A DNA stretch of 64,000 bases from Mytilus edulis (Eukaryota): the NCBI RefSeq assembly GCF_963676685.1, contig NC_092346.1, forward strand, positions 18,848,001-18,912,000. The letters run 5' to 3'. The notes beneath the pieces are model-generated. The model had not been told where the DNA came from and searched no databases. It saw nothing but the letters and a program-made list of their open reading frames with translations. Both the position numbers and the translations under genes were made by a program. Position 1 is the first letter of the stretch. Each line of letters starts with the position of its first letter. Of this stretch, positions 53,449 to 64,000 are shown in pieces.

Positions 53449-54849
53449 TAAAGGTAAGTGTAGTATACCGCTGTTCGAAAGTCATAAATATGTATATATA
53501 AAACACCATTTCATTGAGGAGGAACAGTACTTTATTTCACTAGTTTTAAAAGAAAAACTAAATTTATAATGCATACATGCATTATAAATAAACATTGCAA
53601 ATTTTAATATTAATTATGTAAAATTGTAAATGTGTCTTTAAAGACTTTCAGAAATATTTTTACGACTGATGCATATATTACAAATGTTTTCATTGTTTTA
53701 TTTGCTATTTTCTGTGAATCGTATTATATAGTATATACAACAAACGAATGTTTGTATGTGTTGAACTCAATTTTATTTGATTTTATCATATTATCATATC
53801 ATAAAATTGAAAACACTTGTTCTCGATCGAGCTTTTTTTCTGTTTTGAAGTAAAAGTGATATTCGCTATTTTTCATACAACCTCTTGGTTAGTCCTAAAG
53901 GTAAAGACTTGTCACTTTACTATTATTCATACTCTATACATGACCTGTCAACACTCTTTGCACTTACTTTCAAATACAGAGTATCTTTCAAAGAATTAGG
54001 CCTTATTCCTTAATATCACGGGCTGGTCCTCCATGACCTGCTATAGTCTTTTCCTGAACACCAATCAAATATTTCCATTTTCGGTTAAATTGTATTGTTT
54101 GGTCTGACTTTCTGAAGTAGACACAGGAGTTTTCATATCCATGTGCCCTCACCGGTAACCACTTCTTGCTGATTTTTTTTCATTTTTTTAAGTATTCAAA
54201 TTAGAAAAACTTGATCAAAATTATTTGAAATTTTGATTTGTTAAAACCACACCTCCAAGACAAAAAGAAAATACATGTGTAATCAGCGTATTTTATATAT
54301 ATATCTTTATTGTTCATGGCTTATGTGAAATAAAACGGATCATACATTTGTCAAGCTTTGATGTAATACACATATATGCACTCTTGTCTAGACTTTATAA
54401 TGTTATAAGAAACAATTACATGTAGCACACGACTTCCTGGTAGAGTTGTTAAATATACTTGTAAAAGTCAAATGTCAAAGTGGATACCGTATATTAATTT
54501 TATGTAAAAGTATATATCAATATATAGGACCATGCGTATTTGATATCAAGGAAAATATGATTTTGAAGAAGCTTTCATTCATGCTTTGGTATTTGTAACA
54601 CTTATGTCTACTAGTATATTGTTAAAAATCTTGGAACACAATCGGGAGTTCTGACAATTAACTTTTATATACTTTTAAATGTCAATATTATTGTTATGCA
54701 AATAATGTATGCAAAATTCATTCTGTAATATATATTAAAATTTTTTTTTAAAAGCCTTTTATATCTTTTATATTATGTTATAGTATACGTACACGGTAAA
54801 TAACTATAAATAAACTCATCATATATACCAGGATCGAAATTATGAATTT

Positions 54850-54893
54850 GCGCCAGACGCGCGTTTCGTCTGAACAAGACTCATCAGTGATGC
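54850..54893 (-). ncRNA. Minimal type-I hammerhead ribozyme, family 1 (intact core)
   Basis: Minus strand reads GCAUCA CUGAUGA GUCU UGUUC AGAC GAAA CGCGCG UC UGGCGC. Confidence 0.8.
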
Positions 54894-54904
54894 TCGAATC
54901 TAAA

Positions 54905-55369
54905 AGGTATAGAACCACTAATTCTGGCCCGGTCTGAAAGAACATACAAGAAAGTAGTACATATTTAAAACAAAATAGTTCCTACACTTAGCTGTAACTT
55001 TTTAAATTTGTAAAATATTTTGGCAATTTCGGTATCAAATGAAAGGTGAATGACTGTGGATCATTGTAGAACCTTTGTTGAATGATTATATTAAAAAATA
55101 AAAAAGTTGTATGAAATTGAAACATGAGGGCCTTTATTGCTCAGATCTGAAGTACCTGTTTTAGTACTTTCGAACTTCGGGGAACCAGTGCATCCTTATA
55201 TGCAATTAAAGGTATGATGATTTTTCCAGCATGGGTTACCAAAAGGTAATGTTTTGACATGGAATGAGTGTCACTTCCTTTGAACTTAAAACGAAAGAGC
55301 TATGAAAGCTTAAAATCAAGGAATTTAACATAGAAAGCAATGGGACAATAAATTAGTGGTTTTATTCCT
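54905..55369. mobile_element. MITE inserted in a retrozyme-like repeat
   Basis: Imperfect TIRs AGGTATAGAACCACTAATT / AATTAGTGGTTTTATTCCT. The host repeat resumes collinearly after it. Confidence 0.72.
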
Positions 55370-55734
55370 AAAAAAGTTCAAAAGGCCAAATAAGAAGTTG
55401 AATAGCATTGAGGACCAAAATTTTCTTAAATTTTTGCTAAATGCAGCTATGGTTATCTATTCCTGCAGTAGAAAATTCTTAGTATTTGAAAAATTAAATG
55501 TTTGTAAACATTTAATATCCATGATAATTCATGTCAACATAGAAGGGCTGACTACTGGGCTGGTGATACCATATAACAGGACTGAAAATCATGTAAATTT
55601 GATTATTCGTTCCATAATTTTAACTTTTTGATGAGGATTTTCCTTTGACACCATCTTACTGTGTTATATTTACACAACTCGTTTGCTGTGACCGTGTAAG
55701 TTGTGACGTTTCAAATTCTAACGGACGTAATCTA

Positions 55735-55950
55735 TGTTTAGTTTTAGTTTCTTGTGTATAATTCGGAGTTTAGTATGACGTCCATTATCACTGTACTATT
55801 ATGCATATTTTAGGGGCCAGCTGAAGGACACCTACGGGTGCGGGAATTCTCGCTACATTGAAGACCCATTGGTTGCCTTCGGCTGTTGTTTGCTCTGTGG
55901 TCGGGTGGTTGTCGCTTTGACATATTCACCATTTCCTTTCTCAATTTTAT
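55735..55950 (+). repeat. Short interspersed repeat ending TTTGACATATTC(A/C)CCATTTC..TTCTCAATTT
   Basis: The 3' ~65 bp recurs at 16014-16077. Confidence 0.55.
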
Positions 55951-56647
55951 TTACTGGTAAATAAGTAAGTCAGGGATTTTGTTATCACAAATGACTCAAA
56001 ACCTATACTATTCTTCCATAGATATAACGATTTGGTTTTGAAGTTCGGTTATTTATACCTGAAGATAACTTATTTTAAACGGGATAATACATCCTTATGT
56101 TTAGGAAGATGTTGTTTACCGAGCACGCAAATTAAGAAAAGATCCTGGTAAAATTATCGATCTTATAAATAAACTTCTTCTAAAAGTCTATCAATTCAAC
56201 ACTGTAATTAGATTTTGAAGATTGTGTTAATTGGTATTAATACTGATTTCGTTATCAGTAAATTTAAAGCAAACTAAATATTAATTTTTATATACATATC
56301 CACTTTTATGGATCAACAATGTGTTGATACCTGGATCTTGGCATTGCTTTGACTTTTTATAACGTCTTTCCGCTAAATCCGCTGGATGTTGTACTGATTG
56401 AAACTTAAGTCTTAGATGCATGCTTTGTTTTTTGTTGTTTCGGCATTGAAATAGCTGCCTGTAACTGCGAGTACTCTGAGATCTGTACTTAGTGTCTTTT
56501 TGAAGTTTAGATGTATAAGTACTCGGTCACATTCACTTTCAGTTTGTTGTTATGTTTTTCCGCTACACCACTGTCTCAGGTTAGGGAAGGGTGGTGAACC
56601 CGCTTACATTCTGAATGTATATGACTGCCCTAAGTCATCAGCCTGTA

Positions 56648-56785
56648 AGCTCATCAACTTCAAACTTCATTTGGCCTTTTTAACTTTTTTGGATTCGAGC
56701 GTCACTGATGAGTCTTTTATAGACGAAACGCGCGTCTGGCGTATGTACCAAATTTAGTCCTTGTATGTATGATGAGTTTATTTAG
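56648..56785 (+). mobile_element. Retrozyme-like repeat, family 1, partial
   Basis: Reverse complement of 57678-57815; contains the hammerhead at 56699. Confidence 0.75.
56699..56742 (+). ncRNA. Minimal type-I hammerhead ribozyme, family 1 (intact core)
   Basis: GCGUCA CUGAUGA GUCU UUUAU AGAC GAAA CGCGCG UC|UGGCGU. Stem I GCGUCA/UGGCGU, stem II GUCU/AGAC, palindromic stem III ACGCGCGU, predicted cleavage after 56736. Confidence 0.88.
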
Positions 56786-57035
56786 TGGCTTTCGTTTGTT
56801 TCTGTGTTTCATATTTGTTTTTTGTTTATTATTTGTACATTAATTTGACCGTTAGTTTTCACGTATGAAATATTTTACATTTGTAATTTGAGGACCTTTT
56901 ATAGCAAAACATGGGGTATGGGCTGTGTTCATTGTTGAAGGTCTTACGGTGAACTATTGCTGTTAAGTTCTTTGTTATTTAGTCCCGTTTGAAGAGATGT
57001 CTCATTGGCAAGAATACCACATCTTCTTTTTTTAT
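56786..57035 (+). repeat. Interspersed repeat family ending CATTGGCA...TACCACATCTTC
   Basis: Related copies at 43255-43865 (split by a MITE), 44110-44360, 47390-47590, 48380-48630, 48880-49120, and reverse fragments at 43980-44100 and 48284-48360. Confidence 0.65.
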
Positions 57036-57283
57036 ATATCTCATTAAGAAATTAAAAAGTGACCGTAACAATAGACATATACCGTAAAGCGGGTTATATT
57101 TGCGGGGTGTTTATTTTAGCTTATATTGGCGGGTATATGGGAATCGCGATATTGAATTCCGCGAAAATTTTTGAAATCATGTACACATTCCTGTAATATC
57201 CTAGAATTTCTACATATCAATTATAAAATAAAGACGAAAGTAGTTTACAATAGTTATCAAAGGTACCAGGTTTATAATTCAAT

Positions 57284-57327
57284 ACACCAGATGCGCGTTT
57301 CGTCTACATAAGACTCACCAGTGACGC
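57284..57327 (-). ncRNA. Degenerate hammerhead motif, family 1
   Basis: Same layout but the core reads CUGGUGA instead of CUGAUGA and stem III is mismatched; probably inactive. Confidence 0.6.
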
Positions 57328-57718
57328 TCAGATCAAACTAGTTGTAAAGCCAAACAAGTACAAAGTTCAAGAGCATTGAGGACAAAAAATTTCAAAAAAA
57401 TTCTACCAAATACGGCTAAGGTAATCTTATCCTGGGATAAGAAAATCCTTAGTTTTTCGAAAAATTCAGAGTTTTTTAACAGGAAATTTTTAGAAAATGA
57501 CCATGTTATTGATATTCATGTCAACACCAGTGTTGCAATCTTGTAGATCGATGAAGAAAAGACAAATCAAGGTAAAAAAACATAATATAAATGAATTCCA
57601 TGAATTCGAAAAAAGAGCGGGACCATGCTCATCGACATTTAAACCGTCTCCCGACATGCAAAAATGACGCACCCTATGAATAAACTCATCATAGATACCA
57701 GGACTAAATTTTGTATAA

Positions 57719-57762
57719 ACGCCAGACGCGCGTTTCGTCTACAAAAGACTCATCAGTGACGC
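57719..57762 (-). ncRNA. Minimal type-I hammerhead ribozyme, family 1 (intact core)
   Basis: Minus strand reads GCGUCA CUGAUGA GUCU UUUGU AGAC GAAA CGCGCG UC UGGCGU. Confidence 0.88.
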
Positions 57763-58387
57763 TCGAATCCAAAAAAGTTAAAAAAAGCCAAATAAAGTAC
57801 GAAGTTGAAGAGCAATAAGGACCAAAATTCCTAAAAGTTATGCCAAATAAAGCTAAGGTAACCTATGCCTGAGGACGAAAAGCCTTAGTTTTTCAAAAAT
57901 TCAAAATTTTGTAAACAGTTAATTTATAAATATAACCATATCAATGATAATTCATGTCAGAACAAAAAGTGCTTACTACTGGGCTTGTTTAATCAATAAA
58001 AATGTCACAATTGGAAAAGCCACAGTTGGTAGATAACAGATTATAGGGTTTTCTGGTATCTAAAAAGTAAACTACACAAAAAAACCGAACTTCGAGGAAA
58101 TTCAAATCGAGAAGTCACTTACAAAATGGCAAAACCAAAAGCTCAAACAATCAAATGAATGCAAAACAACTGTCATATAGCTGACACGGGACAGGCATTT
58201 CCTTATGTAGAAAACAGTGGATATAATTGGTTTTCATAGATAGCTCACTTGTATGACAGCTGCATGAAATTCCTGATCTAAGATTCTGACAACATATCAC
58301 GACTTAGGTGAGACACAGATATATCGTATAGATCAACCCATTTGTTTTTGTTCATGCAATGTCAATTTCACACGTTCTTTTGACTCG

Positions 58388-58662
58388 AGTTATCATTGAT
58401 ATTTTCATAATTATAAGTTAACTGTTAACAAAACATTGAAATTTAAAAAAAAACTAATGTTTCTACCTCAGGAATATATTACCTTAGCTGTATTTGGCAA
58501 AACTTTTAGGAATTTTTTATCCTCAATGCTCTTCAACTTTGTACTTTATTTGGTCCAATAAACATTTTTTGATTCGAACGTCACTGATGAGTCTTTTGGA
58601 GACGAAACGCGCGTCTGGCGTAAATATAAAATTTTAATCCTGGTATCTATGATGAGTTTATT
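58388..58662 (+). mobile_element. Retrozyme-like repeat, family 1
   Basis: Reverse complement of the 57678-57987 unit; contains the hammerhead at 58578. Confidence 0.75.
58578..58621 (+). ncRNA. Minimal type-I hammerhead ribozyme, family 1 (intact core)
   Basis: ACGUCA CUGAUGA GUCU UUUGG AGAC GAAA CGCGCG UC UGGCGU. Confidence 0.88.
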
Positions 58663-58911
58663 ATTATAGACAAAGCATAACCCTGACAAATTTTTTCGAT
58701 TTTTATGTACTGAGGACTTAAATTGCCAGTTTAAAGATATTTTCAAGTTTAATCTTTTGTATGTAACGAAGACCAAAAGTATAAACTAAGGTTGACATTC
58801 ATATTCATAGTAAACTAAATAATAGCTTCGGTCGTCAATAAGTTAAGACTTGCTTGTATTAAAGAAAACCACTAACCAACAAAAACGTGTTTTCATGTTT
58901 ATTTGTGATAA

Positions 58912-59208
58912 TTAACACTCAACAGCAAGACACGGATTTTTCTTCAATATTTCATCATAATAAGTTTTCTTAGGAATACAGTTGACATCACTTTTAGTAC
59001 CATATCTTTTGATTGCGACCTTAGTCTTTCCATTGACATCGACTGCATCAATTCGCACTGCATTTCCCACCGACATGCCAGGACTCTCATCAAAGTAATT
59101 AAACGGTATTAAGAATGTACTGTGCGATTGCCCAGGTGTATGTGTGACAGGTAAGTCCTCTTTCTGTACAACATGATGCATACCCATTGTAACCCACGCA
59201 ACAAGATC
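58912..59208 (-). CDS. Copper-containing amine oxidase, terminal exon
   Basis: tattttacag|GAT acceptor, phase 0, continuing NENIVDK|DLVAWVTMGMHHVVQKEDLPVT...LIPFNYFDESP (third Cu-ligand His). AATAAA on the minus strand at 58903-58898 just after the stop. Confidence 0.92.
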   Translation of the reverse strand, partial: DLVAWVTMGMHHVVQKEDLPVTHTPGQSHSTFLIPFNYFDESPGMSVGNAVRIDAVDVNGKTKVAIKRYGTKSDVNCIPKKTYYDEILKKNPCLAVEC

Positions 59209-59649
59209 CTGTAAAATAGACATTTAGGTTTTTATTAGAAACATTTGAGGAAAATACTGACGAGTGAAAGATTTTAGCTTTATCAATAAAATTAAGGCGA
59301 AGATACCACGCTAATATTCCCAAATCAAAAATTGACAACGCCTCAGAAAAAGAAAAACAACGAACACGACGAAAAACTTCCACAAAACACTAAACAGAAA
59401 AATCAAGATTTGACAATAAGTGATCACACAGGTTATATATAAGACAACATTTCAGTGGTTCTCTTTTTATGATGTCTCTTTGGTACCTCATAAAATAAAC
59501 TACAAATTATATATTTGTTTTTAACATTGTCTCGGACATGTACATGAACGTTAAAAACCAAATATTTGAAAGCGATGAATGTATATAAACATTGAAATAG
59601 TGAAGCGCTGAATGAGTAAAAAGAACCACAGTATTTTAAACTTATTTAC

Positions 59650-61595
59650 CTTGTCTACAATATTCTCATTGTCATCAATAAATTCTTGAAAAGAAAATAC
59701 AGGATTATCTGAGTGGGTATATACTGAGCTGGAATATGGCTCACTGTCCTTATATTTTGTGACTGCTAGTTGGTACTGGGACCAGCTCACAGCTGGGTTA
59801 TTTCCGTCTTTTGGTGGTCTCATAAACTTAGTCATCCCTTTATTTATCAATTTGTAACCAGGGGAGTTTCCAAATTTATCTTTTTTGTTATTGTTTACAA
59901 AAGTCAGTACTTTCGGATAATCGAAGTTGAACTTATAGGCCGCCTCAAGTTCCGTCTGTTTCAATCTTTTTATGAATCTATTTTGAACAATTGTAGAACC
60001 TGGTTTTTTGTGACATACGTTTTCCACAATATCCGGTTCTATGTCGACAGTTTGAAATCTGTTGCTTGTACCTTTGATATCAAGGTCAATTTTGAAATTA
60101 AACAAATGCTGGTGTAATGGCGACATCAGATTTTTATCAACTTGAAAACTGTACGGGTTGTCATGTGTATTCCATGAACTTGTCACTATTCCAGTTGGTG
60201 TTATTTTAACTTCTATGGCGCCATTTTGATAAAATATAAAATCAATGATATAGTCATAAATGTCAATCGTAGGAATGGTTCTGACGATCAAAACTACATT
60301 TGCAACTCCTTCATAAAATCGATGGATATATCGAAAGTAACCGTTATGGCGACGGAGTGGCATTCCAGTATTGTGCTCAAATATACAGAATGCACGCTCA
60401 TTAGTCAAAGGTTCATCTTGTGTGTCAACCTTAAAAGATGAACTTATAAAAGTGGCATCATTTGGACAATCAACACAAGGATGTAAATATTTTGCCCTCG
60501 AACCAATCTTATACATAGAGTCTAAGTAATTAAGTACATGTTCCTGTGGCTTATCTCCGGAATAAAAATTGGCTAGTTCTTGCAGGCTTATTTCATAAGC
60601 AATACGGTCACCTTTGTAGCGAATATCATATAGCCGTGGTCCGTAGAATACAGACATCCCGATATTAAATTCCCAGTACGAATATGACACGTGTCTGTCG
60701 TTGATATTGTAACGTACACCATCTGGAGATACTTGTGATGGGTCTTTTAGAGGTATTTTAAACGATGGTTCGCCTCTAGAACTGATAGTCTTGTTGTTTT
60801 TCTCAGCGTTTGTTGGAAAGGGAATTTTATTGATATATTCCTTGTATGTATTATAGTATGGAACTATTTCCTCCAGGCTATTAAACAATAATCCATTAAA
60901 CCAAATCTTGATTATAGTATTATTACCGTTATTATCTACTTCTCGGAGTACTGCAAAATCTATGGGCCGTAATAAGAAATATTCTGTGAATTGATACAAC
61001 CAACTAAACCACAAACGTTTCCTGACACCAGACAATGGAGTCGTCAATTGGCTGTTGAGATTAAAAACCAAACAGCGATCACCACAGTTGACCAAACGAC
61101 CACCATATAATTCATTTAGTATTTTTCCTACAACTTTATCAATTTGTTCTAGCAATGGCGTGAGATTGTAATCAAAAACGTCAATAGGACGATCAATAAA
61201 TGGAATAGATTTTGGTAGGTAAGGAACATGCCGATAACCAGTCGGGTTTGGTAAAGGACTCACAATAATCTCTATAACATCTGGAGTGGAGATACCGCCT
61301 CGAAGAATCATTACACGGGCTTCACGTTTAGGCTGAACACAATGTGTATCTAAATGTTTCAATACGTCTCTTTTTGGTGGCAAAAATATTTCAGAACTGA
61401 AAATATAGTTTGAATTAATTGCTGCTTTATCTGCGGTTGTAAGGTTTAAATCTGAACGGTTATAAAGGTAATCAAGAATTCCCGCAATTTCCTTTTTCGT
61501 TAAATCACGAAATACAGATGGTTTACTACTTTCCCTCAAGTTAACATTACCATACAATCTTGATTTCCGAGTACACACTAGAATGTTTTTCTTTG
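59650..61595 (-). CDS. Copper-containing amine oxidase (AOC/diamine-oxidase-like), large internal exon
   Basis: VFRDLTKKEI, RIAYEISLQE, catalytic Asp in NYLDS, CIFEHNTGMPLRRH, TPQ region TIDIYDYIIDFIFYQNGAIEV, Cu-ligand HQH. Acceptor ttttttaacag| at 61596, donor AAG|gtaaat at 59649. The upstream exon(s) carrying the start codon and signal/anchor were not identified. Confidence 0.92.
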
Positions 61596-63142
61596 CTGTT
61601 AAAAAAGAGAAAACTATGATAAAGATCAGAAACATTTACAATTTGGGGTCAAATAGTAACAGAAATGTATTTCAAAATTTCCGATTCATATGAGTTATAA
61701 CCATGGAATATGTAACAACTAAGACATTTTTTCTCATATGCATTTCAATTCCATTTGCATGGAGTTTCATTCCACAAATGAAAAAAATTTGTTATATGAA
61801 AAACGATGATTGATCATGGAGTCGAGATCATAAAACATTTTTTTAATATATCGATAAGTTCAAATTGTTGTTTGAGTCCTAATCATTAGTGTTAAGGAGG
61901 ATCAGATGTATCTTTCCTTTAACAAATAGCAGAACACAATCGGTTTTGATCTTTAATAAAATATACAAGTTTTGAGACAGGAGCGAAATTCATTTGCAAG
62001 TCGTTTCTTTAAGATGACGAAAATCATATATTATGTCCCATTTTTTCGACTTTTAAACAAAAAATACCTAACATTATTTTTATTCATTTTATTTTTCAAC
62101 TTTGCCGTTTAGAAATGTGTTCTAGGTAATTTTCTTTTTTTTCTGTATTTACATCATAAAAATTATCTTTTCATTCAGTTTTCTGTTAATCAAATACTAT
62201 TCGTTTTTCCATGTATAATATTAACAAAATTTTACACACAACCTGCAGCTAACAAAACCTCCATGATTGTTGCTATTTATCATATTTTTGAAAAAAGCAA
62301 AAATGGGTTTGAACATTAATAGCTAAATAAACTTAAGACCAGCTTTGCCTGTGAAAGTTGGAATTCAAGCTTCTTTTTTTTTTTTTTTTATACTAAAAGG
62401 CTTATGCAACAAGCGTATACTCCTTACTGAAATACTAAGTTTAAATTTAAAATTTCCATCCTAAAATGTTTGATGAGTTGTTTTTCATCTTCTTGTTATT
62501 TTTAATAAAAATTGAACTAAATTTTACTCTTCTACGTCTAAAAGTGCTCTAAATCAATTTTGGCACACTTAATAATTACGATGCAAAAGAAGATACTATA
62601 ATGTTTCACAATTGTTGTGACAGAGGGTAATTTGTTGTTATTGTATTCTGTATACCATTGTATTCACAAAGGTTATCGGAATAAACTTATTTTATCTATC
62701 ACTTGACGTTCGCAGGTAGGTGCATACATTTATTTGCTCTTCAAAAGTAAAGTACATTTGTACTTGCCTGACTTGGACATCCATTTGTAAAATAGATGGT
62801 TACATTTCCTTCCATTTCCCTGAAAAAAATATTTGAATCATTTATTTTATATAAATGTTTTCATTGATCATCCGAATGCTTTATCCATTTACTTAATTAA
62901 TCCTCGCTTTCACTTTTGTTCTATGATCAGTGTTATAAAACAGCAGAAAAAGGATTAAAACACCAAGCATTTTGTTGTTTATGTTGTCTGATATCACACG
63001 AATAATGGTGACTTGTTTGTACTTGTTTTTAATAGAATTAAAGTGGTACCTTGCAGGTCATGGATAATTTTCGATTATTAATTTTAACAAAAATGTTAGT
63101 GGGTGTATATTGTTATCAAATGTACCAGGATTATAATTTAAT

Positions 63143-63186
63143 ACGTCAAACGCGCGTTTCGTCTACATAAGACCCATCAGTGACGC
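63143..63186 (-). ncRNA. Hammerhead motif, family 1, core variant
   Basis: Minus strand reads GCGUCA CUGAUGG GUCU UAUGU AGAC GAAA CGCGCG UU UGACGU. The last core A is G, so activity is likely impaired. Confidence 0.65.
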
Positions 63187-63350
63187 TTAGATCAAAATAG
63201 TTATAAATCCAAACAAGTACAAAGTTGAAGAGCATTGAGGACCCAAAATTCCAAAAGAAATTGTGCAAATACAGCTAAGATAATCTTTGCCTGAGATAAG
63301 ACAATCCTTACTTTTTTTCGAATAATTTAAAGTTTTGTAAAAGGAAATTC

Positions 63351-63630
63351 ATGAATTTGACCTACCGAATTAGACTATTTACCGGATTTGTAATCACATA
63401 AGCAACACGACGGGTGCCGCATGTGGAGCAGGATCTGCTTACCCTTCCGGAGCACCTGAGATCACCCCTAGTTTTTGGTGGGGTTCGTGTTGTTTATTCT
63501 TTAGTTTTCTATGTTGTGTCATGTGTACTATTGTTTTTCTGTTTGTCTTTTTCATTTTTAGCCATGGCGTTGTCAGTTTGTTTTAGATTTATGAGTTTGA
63601 CTGTCCCTTTGGTATCTTTCGTCCCTCTTT
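63351..63630 (+). repeat. Interspersed repeat, probably a retroelement 3' end or SINE-like
   Basis: GC-richer head (GGGTGCCGCATGTGGAGCAGGATCTGCTTACCCTTCCGGAGCACCTGAG) and T-rich tail. Clearly inserted into another repeat. Weakly related fragments near 7460-7525 and 39655-39710. Confidence 0.55.
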
Positions 63631-63712
63631 TATAAAAATGACCATACAATTGATATATATGTCAACAACGAAGTGCTGACTACTGTGCTGGTGTTACCCT
63701 CGGGGATGAAAC

Positions 63713-64000
63713 CACGAGCATCACTGAAGAGACATGTATTGTCGAAATGCGCATCTGGTGCAAGAAAATTAGTACCGTTAATTTTATTACTACCACTGGG
63801 TCGATGCCTCTGCTGGTGGACTATTAGTCCCCGAGGGTATCACCACCCCAGTAGTCAGTACTTCGGTACTGGCATGAAAATACGGATTTTTTGTGCTATT
63901 AAAATTTACTGTTACAAAATGATAGAAATTATTATAAATTAAGGAATGTATCTCCCTCATGCAAAGCTCTGATTCCTTTCACGGATTTGGCTATACTTTT
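63713..64000 (+). mobile_element. Retrozyme-like repeat, family 2 (runs off the window)
   Basis: Begins with the family-2 hammerhead and shares a ~40-nt block with family 1. Confidence 0.65.
63718..63761 (+). ncRNA. Minimal type-I hammerhead ribozyme, family 2
   Basis: GCAUCA CUGAAGA GACA UGUAU UGUC GAAA UGCGCA UC|UGGUGC. All three stems differ from family 1 in a way that preserves pairing; stem III palindrome is AUGCGCAU. Confidence 0.85.

Larger units (their letters stand above)
49666..53720 (+). repeat. Old tandem segmental duplication (~1-kb unit; copy A ~49666-51297, copy B ~51298-53720)
   Basis: Collinear anchors: TCTTCGAGCA (49741/51354), TTCTTATTTGACC...GAAAGATAACTCTT (49835/51468), AGAAAATAAGG.TCAATGAATGAAA (50609/51972), ATCGAGTGGCA.AGTGCCTT (50833/52803), CATTTCATTGAGGAG (51052/53506). 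Confidence 0.85.
54829..55572 (-). mobile_element. Retrozyme-like repeat, family 1, interrupted by a MITE
   Basis: 54829-54901 plus 55369-55572 is collinear with the uninterrupted copy at 57678-57987. Confidence 0.75.
57250..57987 (-). mobile_element. Two near-tandem retrozyme-like units, family 1 (57250-57530, 57678-57987)
   Basis: Shared blocks ACCAGG...GCGCGTTTCGTCTAC...AAGTT(C/G)AAGAGCA...GCTAAGGTAA...ATTCATGTCA. The two hammerheads are 435 bp apart. Confidence 0.78.
63110..63712 (-). mobile_element. Retrozyme-like repeat, family 1, split by an unrelated ~280-bp insertion (~63351-63630)
   Basis: 63110-63350 plus 63631-63712 matches 57250-57530. The insertion interrupts the AGGAAATT...AAAATGACCAT block. 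Confidence 0.72.

Noticed and set aside
59551-59649. C-terminal tail VNKFKILW... of the 694-aa ORF
   Set aside because: Intron read-through; a GT donor at 59649 splices in frame to the conserved DLVAW exon.
62240-62790. Candidate first exons for the amine oxidase (MEVLLAA-G|gttgtg near 62243; MSKS-G|gcaagt near 62768)
   Set aside because: Both fit phase 1 but have weak or non-canonical donors and no convincing signal or anchor; they cannot be supported without RNA data.

Overview
AT-rich eukaryotic (animal) genomic DNA. The FoxA sequence and the repeat landscape suggest a bivalve mollusc, probably Mytilus-like (inference, not verified). Host genes: an intronless FoxA forkhead gene on the minus strand (19770..20948) inside a transposon-poor, motif-rich regulatory zone, and the last two exons of a copper-containing amine oxidase on the minus strand (61595..59650, 59208..58912) whose Asn before the TPQ tyrosine is replaced by Ile. 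The most striking feature is an apparently intact 4.6-kb Sola1-like DDD DNA transposon (30818..35451, imperfect TIRs, ATTT target-site duplication). It carries a spliced F-box/LRR gene whose stop codon lies 2 nt before the transposase ATG. The right end of the window (54.8-64 kb) holds seven minimal type-I hammerhead ribozyme motifs from two retrozyme-like repeat families. From 37 kb to 64 kb there are also many non-autonomous elements (fold-back MITEs, hairpin-ended elements, a tRNA-derived SINE, Helentron-type elements, a MULE remnant) and an old ~1-kb tandem duplication whose two copies carry different insertions. Almost all short ORFs in the track are spurious.
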